Positions 61,217 to 64,000 of a DNA stretch of 64,000 nt are shown here, in pieces. The stretch spans positions 14,218 to 78,217 of the IMG/VR virus record IMGVR_UViG_3300025941_000667; one strand, 5' to 3'. A program made the position numbers and the translations under genes. Numbering within the stretch: position 1 is the first letter of the stretch; the number at the start of each line of letters is the position of its first letter. Under the pieces are notes generated by a model. That model was given only the letters and a program-made list of their open reading frames with translations, ran no database searches and had not been told where the DNA came from. The DNA comes from a virus.

Positions 61217-62310
61217 TGAGATTTCTGTCCCTATTCGCCGGAATTGGAGGGTTTGAACTTGGACTTGAGCGACAAGGACACCGATGTGCGGGACAAATCG
61301 AAATTGACCCTTTTTGCCGACGAGTCCTTGAACGACACTGGTCACATATTCCCCGCTGGCCTGACGTGCGGGAGTGGAAAAGCAACGGGGATGAATATTC
61401 TTCTTTCTTTCCGAACGAATCAGACAGGAGCGCAAGGGCCGATACACAGTTACGGAGTGACGGACAGTCTTGCTCAAGACCACCCACCGGCAGTGTTGAT
61501 CTCCTCTGCGGTGGATTCCCCTGCCAAGACCTCAGTGTCGCCGGAAAGCGGGCAGGACTTAGCGGGGAACGCTCCGGTCTCTTCTGGGAAATCGTCAGGA
61601 TTGCCAAAGAAGTCAAGCCGCAGTGGGGGCTTTTCGAGAATGTCCCAGGGCTCCTTTCTTCCCATCATGGACGCGATATGTGGACCGTCCTCAACGGGCT
61701 ACGGGAGTGCTGGCCTATTGTCGGCTACCGGGTTCTCGACAGTCAGTATTTCGGAGTCGCCCAGCGACGGCGCCGCGTGTTCTTTGTCTGCGGTCCTACA
61801 GAGTCAGGTGTCCGCGAAATACTTTTTGAGTCCGCGAGCAGCAGCGGGGATTTTGCGCCGAGCGGAGAAACGGGGAAGAGAGTTGCCGCCACCCTTAGAA
61901 GCCGCACTGTCCCGCCTAGCGGACACATGGCAGGCCGAGGGGGAGAAGACGATATGAATTTAATTGTTAACTGTTTCAACGGCTACACGGGAGGCCCAGA
62001 CGATAACGACGCGCAAGGAAGTCATCTTGTTGCAGGAACACTGACCTCCGGCTTTACAACAAAGGGACATGGAAGAGCAGGCGTCAACGATCAAGAAATA
62101 GGCAAGTTGATTCCTCAAAATGGAGTCCGCCGCCTGACTCCTATCGAATGCGCCAGATTGCAGGGGTTTCCCGATGATTGGCTCTGTCTCTGTCAACAGA
62201 TTCCGTGTGTCTGCCCTGATGGGCCACAATACCGGGCGTTAGGGAATGCCGTCACTGTCAATGTCATAGAATGGTTCGGCAAACAATTCAGAACGGAAGG
62301 GGCGGCCTAA
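61216..62310 (+). CDS. dcm: DNA (cytosine-5) methyltransferase
   Basis: LFAGIGG, GGFPCQ, FENVPG, QRRRRVF, RRLTPIECARLQGFPD, LGNAV. Confidence 0.93.
   Translation: MRFLSLFAGIGGFELGLERQGHRCAGQIEIDPFCRRVLERHWSHIPRWPDVREWKSNGDEYSSFFPNESDRSARADTQLRSDGQSCSRPPTGSVDLLCGGFPCQDLSVAGKRAGLSGERSGLFWEIVRIAKEVKPQWGLFENVPGLLSSHHGRDMWTVLNGLRECWPIVGYRVLDSQYFGVAQRRRRVFFVCGPTESGVREILFESASSSGDFAPSGETGKRVAATLRSRTVPPSGHMAGRGGEDDMNLIVNCFNGYTGGPDDNDAQGSHLVAGTLTSGFTTKGHGRAGVNDQEIGKLIPQNGVRRLTPIECARLQGFPDDWLCLCQQIPCVCPDGPQYRALGNAVTVNVIEWFGKQFRTEGAA
61391..61957 (+). CDS. Alternative-frame polypeptide nested in dcm (EcoHK31I-beta-like); start uncertain
   Basis: The +1 frame is open 61244-61957 and ends in CSLSAVLQSQVSAKYFLSPRAAAGILRRAEKRGRELPPPLEAAL. 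Confidence 0.6.
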   Translation: MNILLSFRTNQTGAQGPIHSYGVTDSLAQDHPPAVLISSAVDSPAKTSVSPESGQDLAGNAPVSSGKSSGLPKKSSRSGGFSRMSQGSFLPIMDAICGPSSTGYGSAGLLSATGFSTVSISESPSDGAACSLSAVLQSQVSAKYFLSPRAAAGILRRAEKRGRELPPPLEAALSRLADTWQAEGEKTI

Positions 62311-63017
62311 TGTTTACCCATGACGCGAGTTCACGCTCCTGCGGATCACCCCTCCTTCGCAGCGGCAGCGCAATGCTGCCGGCGTCATTCCTTGTCCAGA
62401 GCGGAGGCTCTCCTCCTTTGCCTACCGCTCTGGCAGTCGCTGCGCAGGAGACTCTTCTCCCCCCTGCGCAGCGCTCACGAGGTTTCTATGACCTGTACGC
62501 AGATTTTTCAATGGAGTCAGCGGCGCCACAAGCTACGCATTGCGAGGTGGACGTGGAGAAGCGGAGCGGAAGGAACGCCGCGCGTCACCACCAGGTTCTC
62601 GATTGCCTTGCGACCGGTGCTCTTTCGCTGGCGCTGGTACGGCGAGAGAGATTGGCAGCTCGTCGTGCTGGGGGTGGCGCTGCATTTTCATCAATCAGCC
62701 CGACCCAGTGTGTTCTTAAAACAAGGGAGACCGTATGGCTTCGTTGACTGAATATGTCGTTGAACTTGAAGCCGAGATCAAACAACTCAAGTCTCGTAGG
62801 TTAGTGGCAGTGCTCGTAAGTGTAGCCTGCGGGTTTGCACTCGGCGTGTTCTGGGCGCTGGTCTGGAGAGCGTCGTGACGGATGACAAAAAATGCTCAGT
62901 CACAGACTGCCCCACTGCCGCACGGTGGCGGGTGCTGGTGGGAACACTATGGGTGCCGTTCTGCGATGCCTGTATTTTGAGACGCGGCGGACCCCACAGA
63001 AAATAAAGGAGGAAGTC

Positions 63018-63466
63018 ATGGAAGAACAACATGTTGATCGCCCAGAACTCGGGGAATGGTGGTATCAGTGCCGGGACTGCCACAACTACCAGATCAACGC
63101 ACGATGTGGGGTCTGCGACGAGTGCCGGTCAGAGAATGTGTGGCCGGTCTCAAAGAGCACAAAGAAAACTCTCACGTTGGGGCGCACGGTGATCTTTCTC
63201 GGCGTGGGGCGCATTCCGAAAATCTATCACAAGGACAACGGATAATGCGCGCGTTGCTCGCCTACAAGTGCTCCGAATGTGGAGCCCTGAGTACGGAACA
63301 AAAACTCGGAGCGCCGAATCTCCGGTGCCTCTTGATACCGGACGGCTACGCCTGTCCACGCTGCAAGACGCATCATGTCCAACAGGACGACGCGGTGCGG
63401 TGCTGTCGGAAGCGGAATGTCAAAAATCCAACACAGAAAGGAGAAGGTGTGAAGGTCCGATCGTGA
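63018..63466 (+). CDS. Two small Zn-ribbon proteins (63018-63245, 63245-63466)
   Basis: CxxC pairs; AGGAGG RBS and TAATG coupling. Confidence 0.5.
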
Positions 63467-63586
63467 GATTTGATTGGCCCCGCGGGATGAGAGCGGGGCC
63501 AACTGACGGGTAAGGATATAGGAGTTATCGAGAACCCGCTCACTATACCAAACAGAGCGGCGGTTGCAAGAGAGAGGAAACGAACG

Positions 63587-63940
63587 ATGAAACATAGTCC
63601 GCCGCCATGGCGGCAAAGCGAAAAACAACCGGATACCATCGTCTGCGACACGGAGATCCCATCGCAGTCAGAGGAGCACAGACAACAAGATCAAAAATGG
63701 TACGGCGGTCATTGTATTTGTGAGTTCGTCACACTGGAGAATCGCGCACTCATTCTCGCGGCGCCAGAACTGTATGAAGCTCTCCAGGCTCTCGAAGAAG
63801 CCGAGACGGCGAATGCGAACTGTCAAGAATGCAACGGAGAGGGCGTGCCTGAACTCTGCGAGGCATGCTTTCCACTTTTTGACGATGCACGCCTGAAGCG
63901 CCGTGCGATCATCGCACGCATAGACAAAGAGGAATCGTAA
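63587..63940 (+). CDS. Phage hypothetical protein (117 aa)
   Basis: HSPPPW..NRALILAAPELYEAL pattern common in phage middle genes. Confidence 0.6.
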   Translation: MKHSPPPWRQSEKQPDTIVCDTEIPSQSEEHRQQDQKWYGGHCICEFVTLENRALILAAPELYEALQALEEAETANANCQECNGEGVPELCEACFPLFDDARLKRRAIIARIDKEES

Positions 63941-64000
63941 TTATGGAAGATCCACAATTTGCTTACACACTAAGAGAGTTGCTCCCAGGATTAAACAAAG

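Noticed and set aside
62271-62751. Two overlapping plus ORFs after dcm
   Set aside because: I cannot tell which, if either, is real; no motif or clear RBS.

Overview
This window is a 64-kb segment of a tailed dsDNA phage or prophage with a short-tailed (podovirus-like) gene set. I found no host housekeeping genes, tRNA, rRNA or CRISPR array. Positions 1-52,701 are a minus-strand late/morphogenesis region. Reading right to left it holds a sigma4/alphaCTD-like regulator, TerS, a TerL split into two genes, portal, scaffold and major capsid. After these come three large tail-module proteins that all carry signal peptides, a DNA methyltransferase, three adaptor-like proteins, a nozzle and ejection proteins. 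The region ends in a giant polyvalent protein gene (>3,340 codons) that is missing from the ORF track because it runs off the left edge. Its domains are lytic transglycosylase, DdrB-like ParB, strawberry-notch-like SF2 helicase, N6-adenine MTase and RadC/JAB. Positions 52,900-64,000 are mostly plus-strand early/middle genes: an HTH gene, an operator-bearing promoter, a run of small genes separated by repeated RNA hairpins, a divergent XRE/excisionase-like pair and a C5 MTase. The most striking feature is genes nested inside genes. A complete HNH endonuclease expression cassette (promoter, 5' hairpin, RBS, ORF) lies codon-aligned on the antisense strand inside the giant gene. It contains no codon that would stop the host frame and shows no intron or intein signatures. 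At least one further gene with its own RBS sits in an alternative frame of the same giant gene, and another overlaps the C5 MTase. All family assignments come from motif recognition by eye; no database searches were run.
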